A DNA stretch of 63,199 nucleotides, the filler included, from Kipferlia bialata (Eukaryota), in the NCBI GenBank assembly GCA_003568945.1. It is 4 parts of 4 records of this genome, joined end to end, with 100 filler letters (N's around TTAATTAATTAA, not from the genome) between each part and the next. Parts side by side here need not be neighbours in the genome. Positions count along the whole stretch, not along the records: positions 1 to 17,095 come from BDIP01000139.1; 3 more parts are not named here. One strand, given 5' to 3'. This document shows, piece after piece, positions 1-12,729 of this stretch. The notes under the pieces are model-generated. The model did not search any database, had not been told where the DNA came from, and was given only the letters and a program-made list of their open reading frames with translations. The number at the start of each line of letters is the position of its first letter. Positions within the stretch are counted from its first letter, which is position 1. A program made the translations under genes and the position numbers.

Positions 1-34
1 TTCGGGAGCCCCTCTTTTCCCCCCCCCCCCCCCC

Positions 35-3000
35 CTAGTCCCTGACCTCAGTGTTTGCCAACTCCTCCACCCCCTACGAGACAGACAAGAACAAGGGCAG
101 GCTCAGCCCCACATCATACGTCTAGAGAGTGGGTGTATCAGGGTGTGTAGAATAGAATGTGTATTGTGCTGTCTATTTAGACGAGTGTTTAGACGTATGT
201 AACCTCGTCATCCAGGGACAGTCTCTCCACAGTGACAGGGTCAGTGTCAGTCTCTCCCTCTCCCTCTCCCTCTGGCTTCTCGGCCTTGTGGATGGCGACA
301 GTGTCCTCAAGACGCACGGCCATGCCCTGGGGGGTCAGTATATATACAATAAATGATATATATATAGATATACTACACTGTATACATGTGTACTATGCAC
401 CTCAAGACGCATAGCCATGCCCTGGGGGGTTAACATACAATAGTATAAATACACATGAATAGTATACTATATATATATACATATATATATTTTCGTGTGC
501 GTGTGTTTACTATACATGCATACCTGGTACTTGGGGTTGATGAAGTCTGCGCAGGGTAGGTAGATGGCAGGCTCCACAGCTATGCAGTTGCCATCCACGA
601 GGGGACTGCCTGGGGATACCATGGGGCAGTCATGAGTGGACATGCCTGGAGATCAGTACATATATATGTCACTTATACGAAGAGAGAGAGTACACCCCCT
701 CCCTACCGATGTGGTGTGCGAAGGGGTGTGGGAACAGGGTCCCCAGCACGTCAGGGGTGGGCTCCTCTAGCAGTATGCCCCCAGCGGCCAGGACAGACAG
801 GATAGAGGCAGCACCAACAGTGGTCAGCTCAGACAGGGAGGCCTGGCCGTGCCTGGGGTTGAGTGTACAGCATATATGGATATATATATACTAGTATGAA
901 TATATATGGGGAGGCCTGGCCAGGCCTGGTGGGTTAGATGTTGGAGAATACAGTATATATGGGTATGTATAATAACATGGTATTTATGAAGAGTGTGCAC
1001 ACCTGTTCTCGATGCACTTGAACCGGTTGATACATATGTGATAGTGATTTAGGGACGACAAGCATATAGTTGCTATGGTGTACACACCTGTTCTCGATGT
1101 GCTTGAACAGGTTGTCCCTGCAGGCTGTCACAGTCTCGAGGAGGTCAAGCTCTAGAGGGTCAGACAGTTATGAGAAGGAAGGGGAGAGACAAATAGAGAG
1201 TATACACATCCACCCACCTGCGTCACTGACTGTCTCCACCACCACTGGTCTGGACACATCGGCACAGTAGCCAGCCTGGTTCCTAGGGTTAGTATATACA
1301 AACATATACATATACATATGTATATAGGAATATATATACATGTGACTGTACATACACACCGACACAGTAGCCGGACTGGTTCCTAGGGGGTCAGAGCATC
1401 TACAGAAACAAAGACACTAATCATCAACATATAATAATGGATCTATATTTACATATATATATAAATTCAGGTACCTCAGACCCACGTCGTACTGCAGCAG
1501 CTTGTCAGATGCAATGGGGGCTGTGCCGAAGATGTGGTGCACGCTGGAGGGGTCAGGGGGAGACATGGAATACATTTACATATATATAGTGTATATTGAG
1601 TGAAATAGGTAACTATGAGAAGGGCCAAAGATGTGGTGCACGCTGGAAGGGTCAGGGGGGAAGAAGTTGTGTACAATAATAGATGTCTGATTCATACAGC
1701 TACTTGCAGTATACATATATATATATATCCCATACCGCATAGCGTTCTGTCCCGTGGCCACCACTGGTGGGAATGCCAGGTGGTGGGACCCCAGCATGTG
1801 ACCGGAGTGCTCGAACCAGGAGGCGGCCTGGTCGTTAATGTAACTATGTGTATGTATAGATGTTGGTGAATGGAGGTGACAAGTATAACAGTATATACCC
1901 AAAACTGATTCCCCCACCTCGTGCTCGTGCAGGGCCACCCCCTTGGCGGCACCTGCTCTGACCTCAGACACAGACTGGCGGAGGGCCTGGGGGGTGAGGA
2001 GGCATATAGTATACTGATTGATGCATACTAATGTACTGACAGTATTGCACTAGATGCTCATACTCCCTCAGTCCAGCTGCATGCATGGGTATACATAGGC
2101 ATGTATACATTCATGCATATATATGTAGATGTATATATATATACATCCATACCTCCTCCGTCCAGCTGCATGCCTGTCTGATCTGGTCCACCTCCCACTC
2201 GTCCTTGACAGACATCATCCTGGGGGTGGGGCATAGTGTATAGGTATACAGATACATTGATATATACATATGGAGAGAGAAGGAGTGATATCCCAGTCGT
2301 CCTTGACAGACATCATCCTGGGGGTGGGGCATAGTGTATAGGTATATAGATATACAGATACATTGATATATACATATGGAGAGAGAAGGAGTGATATCCC
2401 ACTCGTCCTTGACAGACATCATCCTGGGGGTGAGGGGATTGTAGTGTAGGCAATGACTTTAGATAATGAATATACACATATGTATTGATGAGGGACTCAC
2501 ACAATGTACACCCTACACGAATGGCCCCACCTGTCGACCTGCATGACTGGCTGGCCTGTGCCACACATCTCCATGTTGCGGCCCTGGGGGTGAGGGTATG
2601 ATAACACGTTAGCACCGGCACCCTATGCTAGTCACTCACAACACCTATCGTTCCTACTACTCGTCCCACTCCCTCATCAGAACAAAGATACACTATCTAT
2701 ATGCATGTGTATACATATTTACACACCTCCGATGTCCACTCCCTCATCCATGTCTCAAACTCAGGCATGGGCTGCACAAGCTAGGGGTCAGAGGCACAGG
2801 GTGATTCATGTATACTACACCAATATATATTAAACAACATGGGTATGTGCTGCATCAGCTACACAGGGGGTGTCAGTAAGTATAACCACGCCCACCTCCT
2901 CTCTCTTTGTGTCTGTGGCGTCAGTGTAGAGACCCATCATCTCAGCTATGTCTGTGCCACTGGGCTTGGCCCCATAGTACGGGGTCAGCCTGGGGGTGGG

Positions 3001-3727
3001 CTCATACAAATATGTAATTGTATACACACACATATATAGATAGAGAGAGAGAGAGAGAGAGAGTCACTACCACCCTACCTGGGGTCCATGGCAAAGACAC
3101 TATAAACACACACATATATATACTAATTTATAGAGCGAGAGACAGAAGGGTGACTCTACCTAGGATCACTCTCCATGGCAAAGAGTCTCTCGGTCACAAC
3201 GCCCTGGGATTGGAAATATACCATACACTATATGTATCCATATCACTGTTAGGTTTCAGTGGTTCCGAGAGGCAACAGTGACAACTAAAGAGAGAGAACA
3301 GGTACATAGCCTCTGTACCATATATCCTTGTCCTTGGATACACACACCTCCTCGTCCTTGGCCAGAGACAGCACCACGTTGCTGTCGTCATAGCCTGTGA
3401 AGTACAGGAAGGGGGAGGACTGGAGGAAGGGCAGGGGGATGCCTGGTGGGTAAGGATAAAGGGGAGGGGGGGGGGGGAGGCTCAACTCTGCAACACTGAG
3501 AGTACATCACTAACTCTATATCCTATATACATCTCAGAGACTCAGTGGCAGAAAGACATACAGACACTATTGACCGTCAGATGTCTATCTGTATAGCATA
3601 CCACCCCACCTGGCTCCTTGAACTGGGGTGGGTTGGAGGGGATGGCCAGGGCTGTGCCGGGGTGCATGGAGGCCATGAGGGCAGCACGCCGCTGCGCAAA
3701 CACAGACAGAGGACCAACCAAACCCAT
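35..3727 (-). CDS. pepP: Xaa-Pro aminopeptidase (peptidase M24B, PepP/XPNPEP3-like), multi-exon
   Basis: Spliced exons read MGLVGPLSVFAQRRAALMASM..., MSVKDEWEVDQIRQAC, HLAFPPVVATGQNA, SSVHH, LLQYDVG, GYCADVSR, FPHPFAHHIG-MSTHD, IAVEPAIY and GMAVRLEDTV. This is the full D-D-H-E-E metal-ligand set of M24B. Last exon and stop are approximate. Confidence 0.88.
2195..2435 (-). repeat. Splice-acceptor echo array (3 copies, ~100-bp period) in the aminopeptidase gene
   Basis: TCGTCCTTGACAGACATCATCCTGGGGGTG occurs near 2200, 2297 and 2403. Only one copy continues into the full exon. Confidence 0.85.
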
Positions 3728-3784
3728 CTAACCAGACTACTAGACTGTTGAAGACGAGTCAACGGTCAGATGCGTGCCTCTCGT

Positions 3785-3820
3785 TGAATTGAGGGGGTAG
3801 TCGTCTGCACCCTCAATTCA
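3785..3820. promoter_or_regulatory. Inverted repeat/hairpin in a short divergent intergenic region
   Basis: TGAATTGAGGG (3785-3795) and CCCTCAATTCA (3810-3820) form a perfect 11-bp inverted repeat. Inner GTAG/CTGC can pair around a 4-nt loop. It lies between divergent genes. Confidence 0.45.
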
Positions 3821-4005
3821 CAAAACACAATGAACTTCTGCCCCACCTCGCTTCAGTGCCTTACGTGAGAGTACAGTGTGTAGGAGCAGTAGATTCATAG
3901 TATTGGACCTTCTATAAGCAGCTAGGGAACCCATCATTTCCCCTGACTGTGGAGTTAGGGCACCCCTTGTGTGAGTGCGTCTGTAGATAGTCCACCCAGT
4001 CCACC

Positions 4006-6804
4006 ATGACAGACACCATCCAGTGCCCGTTCTGCCAGGACCACTACCCAGCTGCACAGCTCATTGCACACTGCAGGTGATACATATACACACATACTTC
4101 TATACATTCGTAGTAGTGTGGCCCCCCTCGCCCTGTCTCTCTCTCTCTCCCTCTCTGTCTCTCTCTGTGTGTGTCTTACCCCAGGTCCTGTCGACTCAAG
4201 CTGAACAAGGGCCCCCTCAGTCAGCGTCAGCCCCAGAAGAAGTACGTCCCCCCTAGGGAGCCTGCCCCAGCCCCTGCCCACCGTGAGCAAGGGGATGTGT
4301 ATGAGGTTGACGCATACCCTAGTAGCAGTGATGCATACCAGGGTGGGGATGGATACTCACCGGCCCCTATCAGGCAGAGCGATGTCGAGGCAGAGAGGGA
4401 GAGGGAGAGGGAGATGGAGAGAGAGAGAGGCCGTGCCAGGGGTAGAGACAGGGAGCTCCAGAGGCAGAGAGAGCTGCAGAGAGAGCACGAGGAGGAGCTA
4501 GAGCTAGAGAGGGAGAGACAGCACCAACTGCAGCTGGAGGTAGGGGTGTGTGTGTGTATGTGTATGTATACATACCTGTATATATGTTCTAGTACTGACC
4601 CCAGATGGAGGAGGAGAACCAGGTCACTCTGTCTCCGGCTTTACTATACATGACTCCATGCATTCTATATATAATGTCTATATATGACTCTTCTGCTATA
4701 TACTGTACTATGTACTCTATATACATGTGTACGTGACTGACCCCAGATGGAAGAGGAGAACCAGGCCAGGAGGGAGAGGGAGAGACAGGTGGGCAGACTC
4801 AGCCCAGTATATACAATCCCTTCCTCTCTAGATATACACTGCGCTCTGTCTTCGATAGTGTATCTAGGTTGTATACATGTATTTATACACTATATTGTCT
4901 ACATGTGTCTCTGACCCCCAGCTGGAGGAGGAGGAGGTCCAGGAGAGACTCAGGGAGAGAGAGAGACAGGTTGGTGTCCACGTGTATGACTTGTGTACGA
5001 CCCAACCCCCCCCCCCACCGCCTCACTCCGACGTCAGCTGCTTGTAGAGATACCAACCTATATCAACACACACATATATATATCTCTACATCCGTCCCAT
5101 ACCATCTCATACAGCTGAAGGCCAACATGTGCATGTTTATACATATATATACACCTTATACCAGGTCCAGCTGCAGGTGAAGAGGGACCAGGCAGAGAGA
5201 GAGGAGGAGGCCAGGCGGCACAAGGAGAGGGAGCAGAGAGAGAGAGACAGGCTGGCCAGAGAGCGGGAGGGGGAGAAGGAGAGAGAGAGAGAGAGGCAGA
5301 GGGAGGCAGAGAGGGCCAGGCTCATCGAGGAGGAGGAGGAGAGAGAGAGGGAGAGGGAGAGAGAGGCCGCTGCGGAGAGAGAGAGACTCCTCGAGGTGGA
5401 GAGGGAGGAGAAGCTGCGCCAGCAGAGGGAGAGGGAGAGGGACCTGGAGAGAGAGAGAGAGATTGAGGCTGAGCTGCATGACCATGAGCTTAGTGAGCCC
5501 TCTCACTCAGAGGGGTCCCAGTCGGTGTCACCCCCAGCGGGGTACAGGTGGGTACAGGACATGTACTCTGTGAGCTATTACTGTTGTGATATATGTGGTG
5601 TTTATGAGAGTGATCTCTATGTGTATAGTTTCCCTTGCCCCGTATAGTCGTATTCTCATACCTTTCTCTCCCACCCTCCCCCACCTCACCCCACCAGGCC
5701 CCGTACCCGCTATGGCGATGGGACCTCAGGGTTCAGCGTGGAGGGGGAGAGAGACCTCGTGGCAGAGATTGAGCTGAGCAGGGAGAGAGAGGAGCAGGAG
5801 GCGAGGGAGAGGGCAGCCCTGGCGGAGAGGAGGGAGAGAGAGAAGGCAGAGCAGCAGAGGAGAGATGCCGAGAGGAGAGAGAGAGAGGAGGCCGACAGGC
5901 AGAGGCAGGTGGGTTGAGGGTGATGTCTTAAAGAGTGTGTTTGCAGTCGCTGCCGAATTTTACTAGGGGATATGTAGGAGTATATCATACATATACATAT
6001 AAATGTCCAAATCTCCTCACCCTTCAGATCCAGCAGGAGAGAGAGAGAGAGCTGGCCCTGTCCGACTTCCAGGTGGGTGATGTAGTACTCATACATGTCT
6101 TACAAGCATTATATATATGCATCTCCTTCAATTATTTGTTAAGAATTATTTATTACGTTATAGGCATCCTCTACACCCTCTGACCCCAGGCCGGCCAGCG
6201 TCAGAGGGCAGTTGAGTCTGTGCACCCTATGGACAGAGAGGGCGAGAGGGGGAGAGACAGGGAGAGGGAGAGAGAGGACCCCAGGCAGGGTGTGAGGTCA
6301 TTGAGGAGGGACTCTGGGAGGGAGAGAGAGTCTGGGAGGTCCAGGGGGAGCAGGTTAGTGTATGTACTATATATATACAGCTTACATAGAACGGGTGTGT
6401 CTCTCTCTCTCTATCTCAACCCCCAGGTCCCTGCGCCCCTCCACGGCCCATGGCCACAGGAGGGAGAGAGACAGCAGAGACAGAGACAGGGCTAGGCCAC
6501 AGGCTGGCAGGTACGGCCATGTATACTTACATACATATATATACATATATGTATATACTCAGTGTGATGTAGTCTGATCCCTTCTATCACTCACCCCAGG
6601 GACTCCCTCCCCCCCTTCCTCCCCACCCCTGCCTATGAGCCCGTGCCCAGAGACATGAGGGACATGAGGGAGAGAGAGAGAGAGAGGGTGGCTGTCCCTG
6701 GTGGCACAGTCTCCAGGTACTGCATGTACTGCGGCAACCCCCACTTCCCAGACGCCAAGTGGTGTGGCAACTGCGGGGCCATGCGTATACCATACCCCCA
6801 GTAG
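4006..6804 (+). CDS. Coiled-coil protein with N-terminal C2HC zinc finger and C-terminal double zinc ribbon (ZC2HC1-like architecture), multi-exon
   Basis: Reads MTDTIQCPFCQDHYPAAQLIAHCRSC, then long E/R-rich coiled-coil exons, ending RYCMYCGNPHFPDAKWCGNCGAMRIPYPQ* (TAG 6802-6804). A possible upstream exon starts at ATG 3830. Confidence 0.65.
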
Positions 6805-6987
6805 ATAGAGGTGTATAACATGTGTGTGTGCATATATATATGCCGAGAGATACCTCGAGTGTAGGCGAGGGTCTGCGATTGTATTTTGATGAATAGAGAG
6901 GAATTGGTATAGTATCATGGTCTTGGATAGAGCGAACGACCATCTATTTGTTAACTATGGACCCAACTTGCACTGCAAGGAGACTGT

Positions 6988-7983
6988 CTATGCCTCCCCC
7001 TCCTCCTTGCGCCATGGCATGTCCCCCTCCCACCCCTGCACCATGACCCCCTGTGCATCCACCGCATCCCCCCTCTGCCTCATCCACCCGGTGCAGAAGA
7101 GAGACTCGGCATACGAGTAGTCGGTCGAGATGTTGGCCTGGGGTGAATTTCTCACAGAATACTACGCTCTATGCATACAAAACGACACCTGGATCTTAAT
7201 ACCTTGATGCCAAATGCAGTATATACACACTATACACCATATACTCCATACCATACCTTGAGCTCTGCCAGGCCCTTGAACATGTACTTGATAGAGGCTC
7301 ATACACTATATCCTATTTACTATACACTATGCACTACACACTGCATATCCTACCTTGAGCTCTGCCAGGCCCTAGAACTTGCCAAATGCACTATACACTA
7401 TACACTCTCATATACTCATATATATATACACCTTGAGCTCTGCCAGGCCCTTGAACTTGATAGATGCACAATAACTATATCCTATTTACTATTCACTATA
7501 CTCTACACTCCAAATGTATCCTACCTTGAGCTCTGCCAGGCCCTTGAACTTGATCATCTCTCGGATCCTGGGGGTGAGGGAGAGGGGGGGGGGGGTTCTA
7601 TGAGTATGCTATTATAAATATATACAACCGTACCTCCCCAATAACAGCACCCTGATGTCGTGTCCATAGAACTCAGGGAGGGGTGTCTCCCCCCTCTGCT
7701 TAATAGCCTCAATCTCAGCTGGAGGTTAGGTACTATGTACATAATAGTATAAGAGTTAGTATACATATACATATATACATATGTATATATATACTAACTC
7801 CTACCTGGTGTCCTGTGGCACTGGGAGTAGATACTATAGATACTATATATACTGCACTACATATATATACATCAATACAAATCTATCTATCTATAAATAT
7901 ATATATATAGGTATACCTGGTGTCCTGTGGCACTGGAAGTCGTGCATGATGTGCGCCTCCACAGTCAGGCCCTGGGGTTAATG

Positions 7984-8015
<32 letters not shown>

Positions 8016-9061
8016 TGTATCTATAGAGGGAGAGAGAGAAAGATGTACATGATGTGGGTCTCCACAGTCAGACCCTGGGGTTAATAGACATAGTGAAGAG
8101 AAGAGAAGAGGGGGGGGGGAGGCCCTGAGTAGCATCAACGGGAGGATGATATATATTACTAGACACCCCTCACCCTGTCTGAGAATGTTGGGTTGATGCC
8201 GACTGATATGATGGCTGGCTTGACCTCATGGAGGATGCCACGCACAGTGGCAAAGCCTGGGGTTAGTATATATAGGGATATGGTGGTGTATACATATATA
8301 TAGAGAGAGAGAGAGAGTGTGTGAAGGATACCACGCACAGTGGCAAAGCCTGGTGATAGTGTATATGGAGATATTCATATAGAGAGAGCGCCTGGGCTGG
8401 GGGGGGGGGAGGGGATACAAAGAGAAGACATCACCATAGTAGCATACCACTAGGTACTAACTATATGAGGAACTAGTGCATAGATATACACATATACATA
8501 CCCACATACACCCCCTCCGGTGTTGCTGTGTCCCCATCAGTGTCTGTCCCTGGGTACTGACACACATTGGCTGTGGGGAACCCTATTGTCCTGCCCTTCT
8601 GATAGCCCTTGATGACAGTCCCGTGGCATAGTCTGAGGGGTGAGACGGGGGATAGAGTGGAATGTGTATATATAGAGAGAGAGATACATTGTGTATCCCT
8701 TGCTGACAGTCCCATGGCATAGTCTGTCGGGTGGGGGGGGGGGGGGGGGAAAGGGGGAACACTATGTATAGATAGTGACATATTATTAGGTGATCACCTG
8801 AAAGGGTGAGGAGTATATACATAGAAAGCGATGTAGGGGGCTGTTTATGGAAGACAATACACTACGGAGGGTGTGAGAGATGCAGGGAGACCATGGGAGC
8901 AGCAGGTGACAGATACGTAGCAAACATAGACTCAAGTCACTCAGCAGAACATCCGGCTACGCCGCATACCTGTTCACTGGCTGGTAGAACCTGTGCTCAG
9001 GTGGGGTGGGCATATCCCGGCCCGCCTTCCCCTCTCTCTCTCCCTCTCCACACCGACTCAT
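6988..9061 (-). CDS. RFK: Riboflavin kinase, multi-exon
   Basis: Exons read GTVIKGYQKGRTIGFPTANV, PEGVY-GFA, IISVGINPTF, TVEAHIMHDF, EFYGHDIRVLLLG, IREMIKFKGLAELK and ANISTD. Stop TAG at 6988-6990. Start is ATG 9061 or the in-frame ATG 9013. Confidence 0.92.
7254..7555 (-). repeat. Splice-donor echo array (4 copies) in RFK
   Basis: ACCTTGAGCTCTGCCAGGCCCT(T/A)GAAC occurs near 7255, 7352, 7430 and 7523. Confidence 0.85.
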
Positions 9062-9551
9062 ATGTCAACACAGTCTCCAAGGACTGAAAGAGATCCTGTC
9101 AATCTGACTCACAGATAGGCCGCCACTGATATACAGAGGGTAGGCAAGAGTTCCCTGCTTCCTGGACAGCACCACTACGGGCACTGGATGTGTAAAAGGC
9201 ACAGGCTTGAAGGCAAGCGTCTGAACTCGAAAGCTCTTGACCAACCAAGTATCACCCTTTTCCAGATTGTTTTGCTGCCAATAATTGATTCGCGTAGATT
9301 ATTGGTATTAGTCTGTCTTAGCTCTACTTCTGCTCTCACACACACACAAGCAACTCCATTTCTCGAGTGTTACCTCACTTCGTTACTGTTGTGACTAAGA
9401 GTATTGCTGTATGGGCCAGTCTATTCCACCTATCAACGTCTGGACTCTTACTCATACAAATATATCTGAGTCTCAGTCTGATCCTCTGTTCCCCTCCCTC
9501 TCTCTCTCACTCAGTGTATAATCCTCTCTCCCTCTCTCTCTCTCTCCCTCC

Positions 9552-12500
9552 CTAATGGTTCCACAGGTCCGGTGTCTTTGTCCCCATGTCCTTCTGCTGT
9601 GCCAACTGGCATATCTCATGCCCCACCACCACATCCTGCACAGCAGACCCCACCGTCTTGAACATGGTGACCTGGGAGGGGGAGGTGCGGCCCTAGGGGT
9701 GGGGAATATACAGTGAACATGGATATATATGTATATATATATATACATCCCCACACCCAGGTTAATCTCCCCCTTGGTCAGTGCCCCATATATACTACAA
9801 ATACTACTAGAGAACATGGTGATATATATCCACCTTAATCTCCCCCTTGGCCAATGAGCCCACCTCTCCCTGCACATCGGACCAGGACATGAGGCCAGCC
9901 TGGGGGTGAGGGAATGACTAAATGTACACTGTACGATGACTATTACATATGGCAGAACAGTAGAAATAGTATATATATATATATATATATATAATTCATA
10001 TATCCACCCACCTGCACTGCCTGTATGATGCCCCCTGCCTCCTCTATACAGGCAGGGAGGGAGTCCACAACTGGGGGTCAGGGACATAGCTGCCACACAT
10101 ACCATAAGTACAGTAGAACAGTCAGGTATGTATCCATCACACATACCTACATATGCCCCGGCTATGGTCTCTGGGGGTATCTCCACCTGAATGGTAAGTG
10201 TACAACAGGATATAGAGGGGACAACGCACGACGTCAGCTACTGTGTTCCCGATACCATCTCTGATGTATCTACCCACATACCATCTCAGGGGTGTATGCC
10301 CCAACTACATCGACGTATGTACATATACATACATATACCATACATATACACTATGCTATGCACATATTAATACACTCCATACCATCTCCGGTGTGTATGC
10401 CCCCACTGCCGATATGTGGGTGCCAGGTCTGACAGAGGAGGGGGAGAAGAGGGGGGACTGGGGTGAGGGCAGATGTGGAATATGTAAGTAGTTATGATAT
10501 CTATATAGCGAAATGTATAACACTGTCACCCGCACCGTAGATGGTGTGCATGAGAGTGCATACTACAGTATACAATGATAGTAATACTTATGTGAATGCA
10601 ACAACCGTACCGTTGAGGGTGTGCATGTGAGCACTATGTCAGCCTGGGACACAGCCTCATCGGGGTCGGTCATGACAGTGCCTGGGAGGTGAGATATTGA
10701 TATATATCAAAAATCGGTGCCTGGGGTGGTAGAGGGGGTCGACTGTAGCTACCACTGTAGGTATTCATGAAGTATAGATGTGTTCAGTATGGACGTATAC
10801 CGCATGCCCCCACCCACCCTTGACCCGAGGTGCCTTCTCCTTCAGCCACTCTATGTAGGCCTCGGCTGCACCTGGCATGCAGTCATAGGCACAGACCTGG
10901 GGGATAGGTCCTCTATACAGTGTATACCTACTGATACATATACTCGTATGCACTATGATATATCATATATATATGGGTACAGGCATAGGCACAGACGTGG
11001 GATCAGGGGCAGGCGTATACCCATGCGTGGATGTCTATGTGTCCATACCTCTGTGATGGGTCTGACACACAGTATGGCCTCGGTGCCTGCCTTGCCCTAG
11101 GGGGTCAGGGGGGGGAAGGGTTGACAAAACACGTCACATCAGCATGAATATGATGGGAACAAGATGACGGTACATATATATATTCATGTGTACCTGTGCC
11201 CCCACCCCCAGCACAGCCAGTGTGGAACTGTCCTCCCTGGACAGGTACCTGGCAGCCACACCGTTGGCAGCACCTGGGGGTAGGGGGTACGATATATATA
11301 CAATACTTATGTGAACACATATATATATATTCTGGGCAGGGAGTGGTGTATGTCTGAGTGTCACTCCCCACCTGACCTGAGGTATGTGAGTGACCCAGTA
11401 CTATTATCGGTATCATAATATCCCTGACACCCCACTATGCATATACCTGTCCTGAGGTATGTGAGGGCACCCCCGTCCAGACAGGCCAGGGGCATGCCAG
11501 TCACAGGGTCAAAGTCTGGGGGGTGAGGGGGAGATACGTCTAATACATTTGTTGAGTACATCATATATATACGAGATAGAGACGGGCTCAAGTCTGGAGG
11601 GTCAGGTGGTGGGGGTTATGTACGTGTAGCATATCGTGTACACACACATTCACACCCACCTGTGTAGAGTGAGGGCAGGGTGGGCATGTGCCTCTGGGGG
11701 TTGTCGGGTCTGATGTTGATGACCTAGGGGTCAGGATCATACGGAATGTACCATACCACCATTACTGATTATAACCACGACGATATACACACACATATAT
11801 GTGTGTGTGTGTGTGCGTGTCATGGGTTATTATTGACCAGGGGGGTCACTGTCAGACTCAGGATGTATTCACACTTATAAGGACCACAAGACATAGAGAG
11901 TCAAATAGCCCCTCACCTTGAGTCCCATTGCTGTCTCAGTCTCAGTGTGCACTATGCCTGGGGGTAGAGGATTGAGGTGGGGGGGATAGTGTATATAAGT
12001 GTGTAATGATATAGCACCCACCTCGCATGAACAGACCCATGTACATTTGCATGTATATTGTCGCATATACTCATGGGGTGTGATACATAAACAGTGATAA
12101 AGTACAGTATCCACCTGGCATGAACAGCCCCATGTCCCTATAAATAGCACACATATTCATCCATGTATCATAATGTATATATACACTATTCTCAGTATAT
12201 ATACTACACCTGGCATGAACAGCCCCATGTCCCCATCCCCTCCCCCAGGCATGTGGATGCGGGGGGGGATGGTGCAGATGCCTGGGGTGGGGAGAGGGGA
12301 AGAGAGCCAGGTTGATACACTCAATAGGAGAGTAGTGATTGAATATCACCCACCCTCTGTGGACAGTGCCTCTACATAGATACTTAGTACACGTATACAT
12401 ACCAATACATATAAGTGTGTATATATATATATATATATATGCATGCCACACCCTCTGTGGACAGTGCCTTGAATGCCCTCTCTGTGGCACTGACAGCAAG

Positions 12501-12607
12501 GGCCATGGGCATGGCCTAGAGTGGGAGGGAGTATACTCAAGTTCTTACTGATAGAGGGAGGGAGATAATGTTATCATAGATAGGGCCATGGGCATGGCCT
12601 GGGGTAA

Positions 12608-12643
<36 letters not shown>

Positions 12644-12698
12644 AGAGAGAGATTGATTGATACGGCAAGGGTCATGGGCATGGCCTGGTATTGAGAAG

Positions 12699-12729
<31 letters not shown>

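Noticed and set aside
159..3300. Numerous short ORFs rich in YIYI, SLSL or ERER
   Set aside because: They are read-through of (TA)n/(TC)n intronic microsatellites, and many begin at GTG/TTG, which is not expected for nuclear genes.
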